A stretch of 64,000 nt of DNA from Octopus bimaculoides. Taxonomy: Eukaryota. Position numbers and translations under genes: made by a program. The number at the start of each line of letters is the position of its first letter. Position 1 is the stretch's first letter. Shown here piece by piece: positions 13,120 through 25,890 of the stretch. The DNA lies in the NCBI RefSeq assembly GCF_001194135.2, contig NC_068999.1:53709254-53773253 (forward strand), read 5' to 3'. The notes under the pieces are model-generated. The model worked only from the letters and a program-made list of their open reading frames with translations. It was not told the DNA's origin and ran no database searches.

Positions 13120-15286
13120 TGCCTAAATGAATGAATGTTTTGACTTAAAGCAAAAATGGACTTCAGCCAAAATACTGTAAATTACAGACTAAAGACATTG
13201 ATATCCCATAATTAACTTGCACTCTTTCTTCTAATAATGTTCTTTGTCTCTGATCTCACACTCTCTTTGTTTATTTATAATATTTAATGTTTTCTTCCAT
13301 GTGTTTCCATTGCATGCATGCATGCATACATGCGCCTGGTAGTCTGTGTGTGTGGATGTGTGTGTGTTTGTATGTAGGGGTGTGGGTCTGTGTGTGCAGT
13401 AAAAATTCTTTAGCTTTCAGGGAATAATCAGACATCTTTACAAGTTGTTGCCTCCCTCCTCTCCTCTCCCATTTCTCCATCTCCCACTCTTGCACTTTTG
13501 CTCATCCACACTCCTAGTTTCCCTGTTCCTGCTCACTTCTGCTCACCTCATATCCTGAGGGGCCACTGTTTATCTTTTTGCAGCTCCTACTGATCATTCT
13601 CACCCTCTCTTTTATATGTGAGTAGCCACACAGCTCATCTACAAGAACTTGCTTTGCCCCCTCCTTTTCTACTATTTTAACTCCTTATTCCCTAGCATAC
13701 AGCTGACACTAATTCTCTCAAGGGTCATAATTTTGAAGTCTACATGGTGACTGCAGTAGTGCTGGTGGCTTGAAAAAGCACCCAGTACTTACTGTAAAGT
13801 GGTTAATGCCAAGAGGAGCATCCAGCTGTAGAAACCATGCCAAAGTAGGCACTGAAGCATGATGTAGTCCTTGGACCCATCAGATTCTACCAGACTGTTC
13901 AATTTTAAAATTAGATGTTGCAGCTCTTAAACATAAAAATAATATCATATGTGGGTCTTGTTGGCTAATCTCTGCTCTACATGGTGGCCTGACCTGCAAG
14001 AAATAGTCATCAAATCTATCTCAGATCACATCCAGCCATTTTTTAAAATGTATGCTTACTCAAGGCTGATCTTTGGTGCAACATCAACATCCACATCACA
14101 TAACATCAACAAGAGATGGGCCAAAGAGAAAATGTATATGTGCTCACTCGACTTGCTAAAATTGCAACCAAATTTCTTTTAAATTCCAACATGTTATCAG
14201 AAAAGAAAAAAAGCAGGCAAAACAATGTACATGTTGAATAATGATATGGTTCTACATGGGCCAAGTCTGAAGGAAATATTGAATGATCATGACTGTTATA
14301 TATCTGATCACGGAATTCTCTTTTATCAGAACTGACTTGTGGATAAAGAACAACAGTCTTAAACTATCTTCCTCTCTATTCTAAACTGCTCTTTTCCTGC
14401 TTCTCATCGTTGTTCATATCTTCCTCTGCAACATCATTTTTATCCTCTTGCTCCTTGATTTCCATTGTTCTCATCATTGACATCATTTTCTTCTTCTTCT
14501 TATCATCATCATCATCATCATCATTATTATTATTTTCTTCCCATGCTTCCTTCTCTTCTTCCTCCTCATCTTTCCCCTCTACACTTACATACATACACAC
14601 ACACACACACATACATACACACACACACATACCTATTCTACTCTTCTTCTCCCTCATCACCTCCCTCATTTACAATGATCATATTTCAAAGTTGACATTA
14701 AATGAAAAAACAAGGAGACAAAATTCATGATAATGATAAATTATTAGAGTAAGCATGGTGGTAAGGGGGTACACAATAATAATGATAATATCAATGATGA
14801 TGCTGAAAACAACATTGATGATGATGATGATGATGTAGCAGATAATAATTGCATTTCTTGTTTATCTGGTTATTAAATTATTCTGTTTCTTTTCTCTTCC
14901 CAAACTAATTTTATAAAAGACAACTTGACAGTAATTGAAGTGCTTTCTAAGATAAACATACTTTACACATTTGTTCTACTAAAATATTTTAAAACATTTG
15001 CATATGTGCGTGTATACATACACACACACTCGTGTGTGTGTGTGTGTGTGTGTGTGTTTGTGTGTGTGTGTACGTATAACACATATATTTCTTTATCATT
15101 TCTGAATCTTGAGCAGGGAATAACAATATACAGTAATCAATATAAACTAAACACACACACACACACTCACACACATATATGCATATACGTTTATATATAT
15201 TTCTATATATTTATATCTATCTATCTATCTATATACATATGTTATACATTTATATATATCTATAATATGTACACATACACAAACAC

Positions 15287-15321
<35 letters not shown>

Positions 15322-15324
<3 letters not shown>

Positions 15325-15590
15325 GAGTAAGCACATAAAATGTGCAACAAGGTGGAAAAAAGAGTACTCAAATACCAGAGGTAGAGTAATATGCTTTATT
15401 TAAAAGCAGCAGAAATATAACAAAAGACTGTTACTCGGAGTTTCACGATCCTTCTGTGCAGGGATAGGTATATTCTTTTGAGAAAACTCCAATGGGTAAA
15501 GTTCCATCTTTTCAGCTGTATCTTCCTACTTGTGTAGAGTCGCTCAACAGTCTTTTGTTATATTTCTGCTGCTTTTAAATAAAGTATATA
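15322..15590. mobile_element. Penelope-like element fragment with an internal perfect 39-bp inverted repeat
   Basis: The inverted repeat 15394-15432 / 15546-15584 is directly visible. The flank ...gtagagtaatatgctttatttaaaagcagcag...ttactcggagtttcacg resembles octopus Penelope terminal repeats (recognition, not a search). Confidence 0.45.
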
Positions 15591-15596
15591 TATTAG

Positions 15597-15950
15597 TTTC
15601 ATTTCAAAGCCGCAGCCATGCTGGAGCACCACCATTCTGCTTCTCTGTTACTATTGAGAGCCTCCTCTAATATGTGGCATTTGGTGAATTAGGGTGTTTG
15701 ATGTCGCTACACTCGTTTGCACCTCTTGTTGTGAGGTAGGTTCATCTGGGTCTCTCCACAAGAAAAGGTTCAGTTTTGATTTGAAAACGCCTACATCCAC
15801 TTTGTGTCGGTCCCTCAGGCTCTGTGGGAGAATATTAGAAAGCCGTGGGTCCCTGAAACCCAGGCTGTTGCAGGAGCTGGTCTTGAAGTGTGATGGCATT
15901 GCTGGGATTTTTGGCACTGTGCATTGTCGACCTGTTCTGACATTAGTGTA
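15597..15950 (-). mobile_element. CR1/L2-group LINE 3' fragment (ORF2 C-terminus plus 3' UTR)
   Basis: ORF 15651-15986 reads CNSLGFRDPRLSNILPQSLRD...DVGVFKSKLNLFL..DPDEPTSQQE...SNTLIHQ, typical of the C-terminus of these LINEs. Confidence 0.7.
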
Positions 15951-16186
15951 GCAGAAAGATAGACAGACAGACAAATATACACGCATGCATACTAATTGTT
16001 ATTGTAGACATTAAAGAAGCTTTGCAAACATCAGTTTCTGAGATGGAATTTTAAATACTTTCTCAAGAACTGATGTTTGGTACAAAGCTTCTTTAAGTAA
16101 TGCCTACAATAAGTCAAGCTGTGTGTGTGCGTGTGTACATGTTCATATATAGATATATTTATTATGTGCATGTATGTGTATATATG

Positions 16187-16253
<67 letters not shown>

Positions 16254-16849
16254 GTGTGTTTGTCACTATGTGTGTTTATTCAGAGTTTTCCCTGGCAATT
16301 AGTGACTGTATTTGTTGTTGTTGTTGTTGTTGTTATTGTTGCTGCTGCTTCTGCTGCTGCTGCCAGTAGTCCTGTCCATGATGTAATTCAGTAATGGTAG
16401 GTTTTCCAATAGTGGTGGTGATAGTGGTAAGGTTGAAGTCAGCAATAAAGTTGAACGGTATTATTGTAAACAAATATATAAAGCTCATAGTGATAATAAT
16501 ACTATTATTCATGATGATGACAACAGTGATGATGATGACGATGGTCATAGTGGAGGTAATGATGACGATGATGATGGCCACCAAACATGTAGTGCAGTTA
16601 TTGTGGCTTATAGGTCACAGCAATGCAATTTAGTTAGAATAGGTCACTAGAGCCCTGCAATCACCAACAACATCACTGCCCCCACCACCAACCACCACCA
16701 CCACCACCTCCCCATCGTTCCTTTACTGCACTTTGTTCCCTCGGGAAACCTACTCATTGAATCTATGAATACAACTAATATATATCTTTTGAAATTAAAC
16801 AAAACTTAAGTGATATTAGTTGGAGGTTTGCCTGGTTGGACGGTCAGTA

Positions 16850-17570
16850 CCTCTCTGTGTCTGTGCGAGAATATTCTGTGTAGTTACGTTTCTGAATGTG
16901 CATGTATCGAGTGTTGTCAATGTGTGTTGGTAAATTTGTTGGTGTGTTTGTATGTGTTAGTTAATTTGTTTTGTGTTTGAGAATGTGTGTGTTGATAAGA
17001 TGTTTTTGTGGTGTATATGTCTGTGTAGGCATTTGTGTCTGTGGGTTAATGTGTTTGAATATATCCAAGTATGCATGTCTGTGTGTGGTATGGGAATGTG
17101 CTATGTTTGTGTTTATGTGTGTGCATATATTTATTTAAGTATTTATGTGTTGGGAAATATGTGTGTATGCATTTGTGAGAAAGAATGAGAAGTTAATTTG
17201 TATGAGAGCATGTGTTTTGTGCTTGTGTGCATATATTTGTTTCAACGTGTCAGTAAATTTGTTGGTATGTGTGTTAGTAAAAATGTTGAGGCAGTCACGT
17301 ATGCATGTATGTGCAAGTGAATGTGTTTGCATGTACATGTATAGTAGAGTCAGCAGTGCCTGGAGGCTACACAAAGATAAGCGTGTGTGTGTATGTGTGC
17401 ATGTATTTGTGCATGTATTTGTGTGTGTGTGTGTATGACAGTATGCATGTATGTATGTGTATATCTGCATATATGATTGTATGCATGTGTATGGCTACGC
17501 ACATGACTATATGCATGTAATGTGTGTCTGTATGCATGATATGAATGCGTGTATGACTGTATGCACGTAT
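16850..17570. repeat. Long degenerate (TG/TA)-rich purine-pyrimidine alternating tract
   Basis: About 700 bp of interrupted TG/TA/CA dinucleotides. Confidence 0.85.
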
Positions 17571-20500
17571 GACATTATGCCTATGAGTTGGTGGTGACTG
17601 TTGTACCATTTGGCTACCAGGTCATAACTGACTGCTGCTGCTGCTTGTGGTGGTGGCAGCAGTGGTGCAGTAGAGGAGTCCACCTACTTAAAGCAATAGC
17701 AAAATAGCCACAATAGGGCTTTCTTCATTAGACATATGATAGTACAGATGGTTGAGTTAGCAAGGAATCAACCAGTAACAGCAAAATGCATGTGGTTCAT
17801 ATACTATTACATTTCCTGTGTTATGTCTGTGTCTCAGTGGCTCAGTCTACTTGACTCTTAGTAGGTAGTACCATAGGATAGTATAGTTCATTGTTATTAT
17901 TGTTTAGCCTCTGATCAGTCCTGATCAAGCAAACCAATAATCAAAAGAGTTCCAGCCATGGCATTTCTGTCTTTTTATTTATTTATTTATTTATTTTTGT
18001 ACATGACGAAATATATTAGCCATTGTCAGTGAAACAGTAGGATATGATTAAAAGATTTGTCTGCAATTTCTCACAGGTTAAACAACCATGTTGATACTGT
18101 CTGTAATTGGCTTAATAGCGAGCTCAATGTTATAAGCAGTAGTAACATTAGGGAAACAACAAGCAGTTTGTTTACTTACAATACTGAGTTCCCTTCCTTT
18201 GGCAGGACAATCTACTTGTATTGAACCCCTGTCCCTATTCAAGGAAAGATCTGTCTCTCATCAGCTATGGAAATATAGCAAAGATAAGAACCAGTCCCTT
18301 ATCACAAACAGCACGCGACCACTTCATTCACAGTATATCCTCCCTCCAAATCACACACCACTTCACACTCCAACAACATTTACTATAACACACCTTAACA
18401 GTTCTTATCAGCAAGAGAGAGCTTCTGCATGGTTTGTGGAATTACAAGAAATAGCAGCCAAATTTCTTCTGATTTATGTCCTATCATCTTTTTTTAAGAA
18501 AAGAAGGAAGGACAATATTTCAGACAATGTCAGGTCACTCTCAAGCATAACTGGTAACATGTAACCCAGTATAACCTGTCACATGATTTGAACCTCCATC
18601 CGTTCTAAGCAAGTGAAACGTATGACTATCACAGCTATCATAATTTTTCCATCACTTCACCATTTCTGAAAAAATATTAAAACGAGTTTGAGATAAAATG
18701 AATAGGATCCATTTCATCTCAGTCTCATTCTATCTTCTATTACAAATCTTTAGCGGGATACTGTAACCGGAACAGGAAGATTAGTTTTCCACCGAGACAT
18801 AAGTTTCATAAACTACCAAATATAAATACCCACACTACCACACTTGAAACATACCTGTTATAACTCTTTATCTCAGTTTGAATGTCCCTGAACTTATTTC
18901 TGCAAATGTGCTAAGCACTGATGCTGATCACAGTTTAAATCAATAAGCATAGGAGTGAGGTAGATGCAATAAAAATAGCGCGAGTTAGTAGGGTCCCATT
19001 CAAGCAGCCCTTCAGAAATTGGACCTCCTTACGATACATCCTGAGAGTTCATATGAAATTCATTGTCACTGCTCTGATTTGGTTGCCAATGCCATGTATT
19101 TAGTTTAAAATGCAGTAAAAAATAGGGGAGTCAATAGGGCCCCATTTAGGAGGCCCTTAAGAAAATAGTCCCCCTTAGGACATTCACTAGGATTAGGAGA
19201 GTTGCTGGTTTGAGTTTTGCTGTCCTTCCACCAATGGTTTAGGAGGAGTTAACAACATAAAAACGTAGCGCACACAGAGAAACATCACTCAAATTTATTT
19301 AAAGATATATCAATCAATTAAGGAGAACCGAGATTTATATCCAGGTTCCAATGCAGTTATTTACATATTTCCATTTTGTACCTACATATGTTTCTGCAGC
19401 AGGTCAGTGTACACCAGCATTATTAACCAGGAAAAGCAAAAATAGGATTACTTATCCCTATCCCAAATTTGGAAACTTACCTTAATACACACACACACAC
19501 ACATACACACAGATCAATCCACATCACATCTTCACAGAACAGCCTCATAACATGCTTTACACTCTGCAGCATACATCACAACACAACAAAGTACATGGCA
19601 TTACATCACCATACTGCAACAAGGTCTGCAGTACCACAGAACACAAGCGGGACTCTCTATGCTTTCACTCAGCCTGCTATAAAGAGCAGTCAAATCTCCC
19701 TCTCTTATCTTAAAAACAGAACATATTGGATAATATAGTTCTAGATACACTATACCTAATAAATGTTGGGATGGTCAGGGTTAGAATTTCTCTTGTCATA
19801 CAGTTACTCAAACAGGGCTTGCCTGGAGTTAAATAATAATACACCTTCCTCCATAGTATTACTGGTTCATCTCAGTCAGATAAACCCTACCCAAAATGAT
19901 TTCTGTGTTTAATGTTATGTTACACTTATGTAAAATCTTGAACACAGGTAGACAATTAAGGACATTCAACAGCAATCAACTTTGTTTCTGAAGTACTTCA
20001 GTTCTCCACTTGTGTGCTGATAACAATGACAGTTAACCTTTTGCCTGACTGAACAACCCCAGACAGATAAAATTTAGTAATAACAATATAGTATAGAAAG
20101 GGTCATACAGAGTGCAAGGCTAAGTGCTCCTGTCACGTGGATGAATGATAAGATAAAAGGATCAGGAGAGTTTAATATTTAAGAGAATGTAGGGTATAAA
20201 GGTTGAATGGATTAAGTTTTAATTGAACCTGTAAATTTTTAGTCTTTAAGTGGTATTCTAAAATAGTCATATGATAGTTGAAGTGGTGATAGCTGGTACC
20301 TGTATGATGGTAGTGCTGTGTTGTTACCTATAGTGGTGCGATGATAGTGATGTTGGTGCCTCTAATAGTGTCTATAAGGGATGTGCGGATGCTTGTGGTA
20401 TCTATAAAGGCTGTGTTGGTACCTGTGGGGATAGTGCTGTTTGTAAAGATGTCTGAGGGGGTCAACATTTTTCACCTGATCATTTAATACAGTATCTACT

Positions 20501-20744
20501 TAGTCGTTTTACTTCTGCTGTGTGTATGTGTGTGTGTATGTATGTGTGTGTGTGTGTGTGTGTTAATGTTTGGAGTCAATATTACATAAACAATGACATA
20601 CATACATATAAAATAAAAATTTATCTTAGAAATATTTAAAATATTTTAAAGACAAAAATGAAAAATTCCAGGCATTTCTAACTGGTTAGAAATAGACAGA
20701 CTTATGTTGTAGTTGTTGTTAGTTGATTGTGACTTAGGTAATGA

Positions 20745-20776
<32 letters not shown>

Positions 20777-23559
20777 GTATTCAAGGTGGTGCTGGTTTTG
20801 TTGATGGTTGAATGTGGTTTAGGTAGTTAATAGTAATGTTGTTCAGAATGGTAGCTCCATTGTTTATAGTAATCATTGTAGTGGTAGTTGTGTAGTGATG
20901 GTAGTAGTAGTAGTGGTGGTGGTGGTTTTGAGGATTGTGTTTTTGTTGTAGTTGATATTGTTTAGCCCTGGATGAACTTTGATCAAGCGAATCTATGATC
21001 AAAAGCATTCTGGGTAGTATTCACAGTTCTACATTAATACCTCACTTCCCCAGGCTGTTGGGGGAAAAGTAACGGATCATCTAGCAAAATGTAATCTGTC
21101 ACAGGCTCACATCTCTTTCAGGGCTGTTACATTTCTCATCTATTTAAACCAGTCGTTCTCAACCATTTGTCACCTATGGACCCCTTTGATTCCTATTTTA
21201 CTTGGGCGGACCATCATAGCTTTTTGATGTTAAAAAAATCTTATAAGAAATTGTATTAAAAAATTGTTAAGATATTTTGTGCATTGTAGAAGTATAACCA
21301 ATTTGTATTTATGCGTAATGTCTCTCTTTCCCTCTCATGCTGTCTCTGTTATACTGTCTCTCTCACTTTCCACTCTTTTTCTGTCCACGTACATTTCTGT
21401 CTGCACACATGTGAGCGTATACGTGTGTGTTGCTGCTAGCCTCAAGTGCTGGACATTCAATCTGACATGAAAACAGGTTGAATATCCAGTCAGCCTTACC
21501 AAATTGTCAATGCTTAAACAGCTATGCCCAATCATCTCATTCCAACACACACACACACACACACACATATGCATATGTGTGTGTGTGTGTGTGTGTGTAC
21601 AAGGATATTACCTCTTTTTACTTGGTATAGTGTAAATTAGAAGAACTGAAATAAATTTAGATAATACAAAGCCTCACAGTGGATGAAATGGGAAGGTAAA
21701 CACATTCTTTCTATGCTATTTATATGAAGAAAAAATGAGCAAAGGGATCTCCTGACGGACTGTTTCATAGTTTGTTGGACCATTCCTCAGAGAAAATATA
21801 CTTGGCTTCTTTCCCCAATCAATAGCATAGATCAGCTACTATATAAAGCAGTCGTAAATTAGGTGAGGTGTGTGTGTGTGTGTGTGTGTGTATCTATGCA
21901 TGTACAAAATCCAGAATCCATGGAAACTAATGATGGTCTACATCACCTGAAATGAATCCAGAGAAGACGTTGAAAATCACCAAGGAGATAACATAGGACC
22001 TTTACAATGACAAGACTCCATGCTAGTGAAAGCCCATCATACCCATGCAGACACAGAAAAGAGATTATGAAATTTAAATGTTGATGATGATGATGATGAT
22101 GATGGTGATATTCCTACATATAACACATATTGTTAAATACTTGAATATACTCACAACCACATAATCTATATGTACATGTATTTCAAGAGATATCTGTATA
22201 TTACATACAAAATCATGAATGAGAAGAGATAGCTTTTATAATTGTAGATAACTAATTTCAAGTAATACCGTACTATGTCTTTGTCTTCAGAGAATACAAA
22301 CAGAACAGAACATGTGTAATACTTAAAAATGAATGTAATATATGCATAGCCAGAATATCTTTCAGAGATTAAATGTAAATGAATTAAGATGAAAGCTGTT
22401 CTACTTCAATAAATTAAATCCTACTACAATATATACAACGGTATATATTGATATGCCAATTTGTATATGTATAAATGTAATGTAGTATAGGTGCAGATAT
22501 GACAGTGTGGTTAAGAAGTTCACTTCCCAACCATGTGGTTTCAGGTTCAACCCCACAGTGTGACACCGTGGGCAAGTGTCTTGTATAACCTTGGGCTAAC
22601 CAAAGCATTGTGGATGGATTTGGTTGGTGGAATCTGAAAGCTCATCTTGTGTGTGTGTGTCTGTGCGCGCACACACACACTAGCACACATGTATGTATGT
22701 GTATCTATATTCATGTTACCATGTCTTGAAATTGTATGTTGGTTCTAAATGAATGTCACCCTCATACAAACAGTGTTGTTTGTTAGGAATCTTCTGTGAA
22801 ACCCTGTCTGGCCATTGTGCTTTTTATGTTCCCCCATATAAGCTATGGAAAAATAGATGTTAAACAAAGAATATATACTCACTTTCACACACACACACAC
22901 ACACGACAGGTTTCCATGCAGTTTCTATTTTCCAAATTCCATTCATAAGGTTTTTATAGACCAGCCACTAGCAACGGCAGATGACTCTGGCCCAAGAAAC
23001 AGACAGTGAGGTCAAACCCGAAACTACATATTTACAAAGCAAACTTCTTAATGACATTGTTATATCTAAAGCTTTTTATACACACACACACATGGATGCA
23101 TGGATGTGTGTGCGTATTATTGCCACAAAGGCAATTAAAGGAATCATTATTAACCATTAAACAAAAGAAAACATTGCACTCCAGTTGAAACAGTACAGCA
23201 TGGAAATGGTAAGTGATGTGGTACAATTGGTTTGTGTTTTCGTTTCTCCAATGACATTTATCTTTGTTATTTTACACCCATTTATTTCCCCCATGTTGGT
23301 ATGGGTGCAACAGGTCTGGTTAATGAGGTTGGCTGTATATAATTGCTAGAACAATTGTTTTTATAAGCTGGATGGTCTTCCTGTTGCTAAATCATTCAAT
23401 CAACTGTAAAGAAGCAGGAACCAAAGAGAAAGCCTACGTATAAGTAGCTGCTCTATTTGCTAGCAACAGCAGCCAAATCTCCCTCAAATAACATTTTATC
23501 ATCTTAAAAAGTGGAAGGACAGGTTGAATAATACAGTTCTAGTTATATATATATATATA

Positions 23560-24013
23560 CCCAGGGCTATTCCCCATTTTTTTCAGAGTGGGTGGCCACA
23601 ACAAGATACACACCAGGCATTCCATTCATTTCCCAGCTCAAAGAGGCGAGCCCTGTTCTATGCTCGGGTCTAGGAATAGAACGCAACCCCCCAATATCAG
23701 CAGTGGGGCCCGACAGCATATGCTGGTTTACCTCTGCCACATCATGCTGCTTCCATACCCCTTTGAGCAACATCAAATTCATTCATCCATCCACAAACAC
23801 TCTCCAAGCTTTCCTATCATTTATAAACCCTCTTGCCTCTCTCGCTCCAACACCTCCAACCACCAAAGCTTTCCTCACTCCATCCATCTACACAAACTGA
23901 TATCTGCCTCTGGTTCTGCTGCCTACCACTTCTGCCCTTATCACTCTCCTGACCATCCACTCCTCATCCATCCTCTCCATGTGGCCAAACCACCTCAACA
24001 TTCGTCTATCCAT
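23560..24013 (-). mobile_element. RTE-clade LINE 3' end
   Basis: Minus frame 24013-23783 reads MDRRMLRWFGHMERMDEEWMVRRV...RTRGRYQFV*MDGVRKAL...DRKAWRVFVDG*, with the LRWFGH, RGR and DR..WR motifs and one W-to-stop change; the 3' UTR ends at (TA)n. Confidence 0.85.
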
Positions 24014-25095
24014 TTTGGTTGTTAGTTATATTATGTCTTAATAAATTATGGGATGATCACAGCTGGAATGGCTTAAGTAAATGAGCTAATTCTGAGCCAA
24101 CAAGAGAATATGTATGTGGTCATTCAACTTGCTTGAAACAGCAGCCACATCTCTCTCAAGCCACATGATGGGATGGTCTCAGCTGAAATGACTTTGAACA
24201 ACAACTACAACAATGGCTACTGCAAAGTAGTTAGTGAAATCTATTGTTAGATAGACAGGCTGAGGCCAACTTTGATATGCAACCTGCATAAAAATACAAC
24301 ATAAGGGGATCCGTGGGTATAGACATGATGGCAACCCCTATGTGATTGCACTTCAATTATGTTACATCAATGGCCCCGTTTACATTATGAAAAATAAAAA
24401 AAACATTGGACAAAAAATAACAAAAGAAGTTTAGCTCAATATTCAACAACAATGGTAACTGAGAGAACAAATAATGGTGATATTTTTGAAAGTCCAGCAT
24501 TCAAAGTTCAAAAGGTCAACAGAACCTTTGAAAAGTTATGTTGTCTTCTAGGCCCTAGGATTTTGAATTGCTCAACCTATGAAAAATAGCAACCAAATCT
24601 TCATCAAATCACTCTTTATTGTATTAAAAAGGGAAGGACAAATTAGATGATGTAGGCCTGAATGCATTATGTCTTTAAAAAAAGGGTGTAAGGATTACAG
24701 CTTGAATGCTTTTAATCAGGGTTGGTCTGGGACTAAACAATAACAATAGTAACAACAATATCACAAATTTCAGTTGCCTTGTTTCTTTATTCAAGTGTCA
24801 TTTTATTTTCTCCATTTTGTATATTATTGTTAAATGAAATTGAATGTACACTATTCCTTTGAGTATTTTGTAAAACTTTGCTTGAAGAAATATCCTTATC
24901 ATATTTACAAAATATTTATTTCATGGCTGTATGGATATAAAGTTTGCTTTGTTGTTATATGGATTAAAAATTAAAAATCAGAAGAGGATGTTGTGATAGT
25001 AATCATTCATTTGTTTTTTTTTATATCTGCTTTTTCATGCTAGTATGGTAAATCTTCCACATTCAGTATCAATATGTTAATACCATGTTGTGTCA

Positions 25096-25600
25096 CAGAT
25101 CTTCCACATTAAGCATTCATACCTCACTACTTTGAGGTGTTATACTTATTACACATGCTTTATTTAGTCTGCTTTTGCACTTACAAAGCCCTTTGTTGCT
25201 ACCACAGGCAACGTCTTTCAACACCTTCCACCCCTTCCTTATCCTAGCTACTATACTTTCATTGCACTCCCCTCCACCATTAATTAAATCATTTAAACAA
25301 CAGAAGCTATTTACTACATTTGGTAGACTGAGTAGCTCATGGATTTTATTTTATGGGTGCCCCTACTGTTAACTATTCTCATGCATTTAACATCACATAT
25401 GAAGTTCTAATTCTTTGTCAGTCTATTAGAGATCCCACTGCATCTTTTGTGTAATGTTTGTGTGCCTTGAGTACACAACACCAAGTTCTCAACTGCTCCC
25501 TTCCCAGATGGTAGTGTGATTTCCTGCTCAGTTTTTTGTCTAGCACTTTGGTCTTTGTCATCTTGACCTTTAAACCTTGGACTCAAGGTTTCCAGAAATA
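25096..25600 (-). mobile_element. Degenerate RTE LINE ORF2 segment
   Basis: Frameshifted minus translation: GLKVKMTKTKVL...HKRCSGISNRLT...VVNSFCCLNDLINGGGECNESIVARIRKGWK...ACV...MLNVEDL. Confidence 0.8.
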
Positions 25601-25682
25601 TATAACACCAGTCACTATACTTTTATTAATTTGAACAATCCTGCCTGTATTTCTTCAGAACATTGTTGTCTAATGTATTAAT

Positions 25683-25890
25683 GTGGCAAGCTAGCAGAAT
25701 CATTAGCATGCTGGGCAAAATGCTTAGCGACAGTTCGTCTATCTTTACATTCTGAGTTCAAATTCCACCAATGTTGACTTTGCCTTTCATCCTTTCGGGT
25801 TCAATAAATTAAGTACCAGGGTCAACCTAATCGATTAGCCTCCTCCCCTAAAATTTCAGGCCTTGTGCCTATAGGAGAAAGGATTATTGT
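25683..25890 (+). mobile_element. SINE family B, sense copy facing two antisense copies (about 26170-26300 and 26345-26515)
   Basis: Head gtggcaagctagcagaatc, core gcctttcatcctttcggg, tail gccttgtgcctataggagaaaggattatt. Confidence 0.85.
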
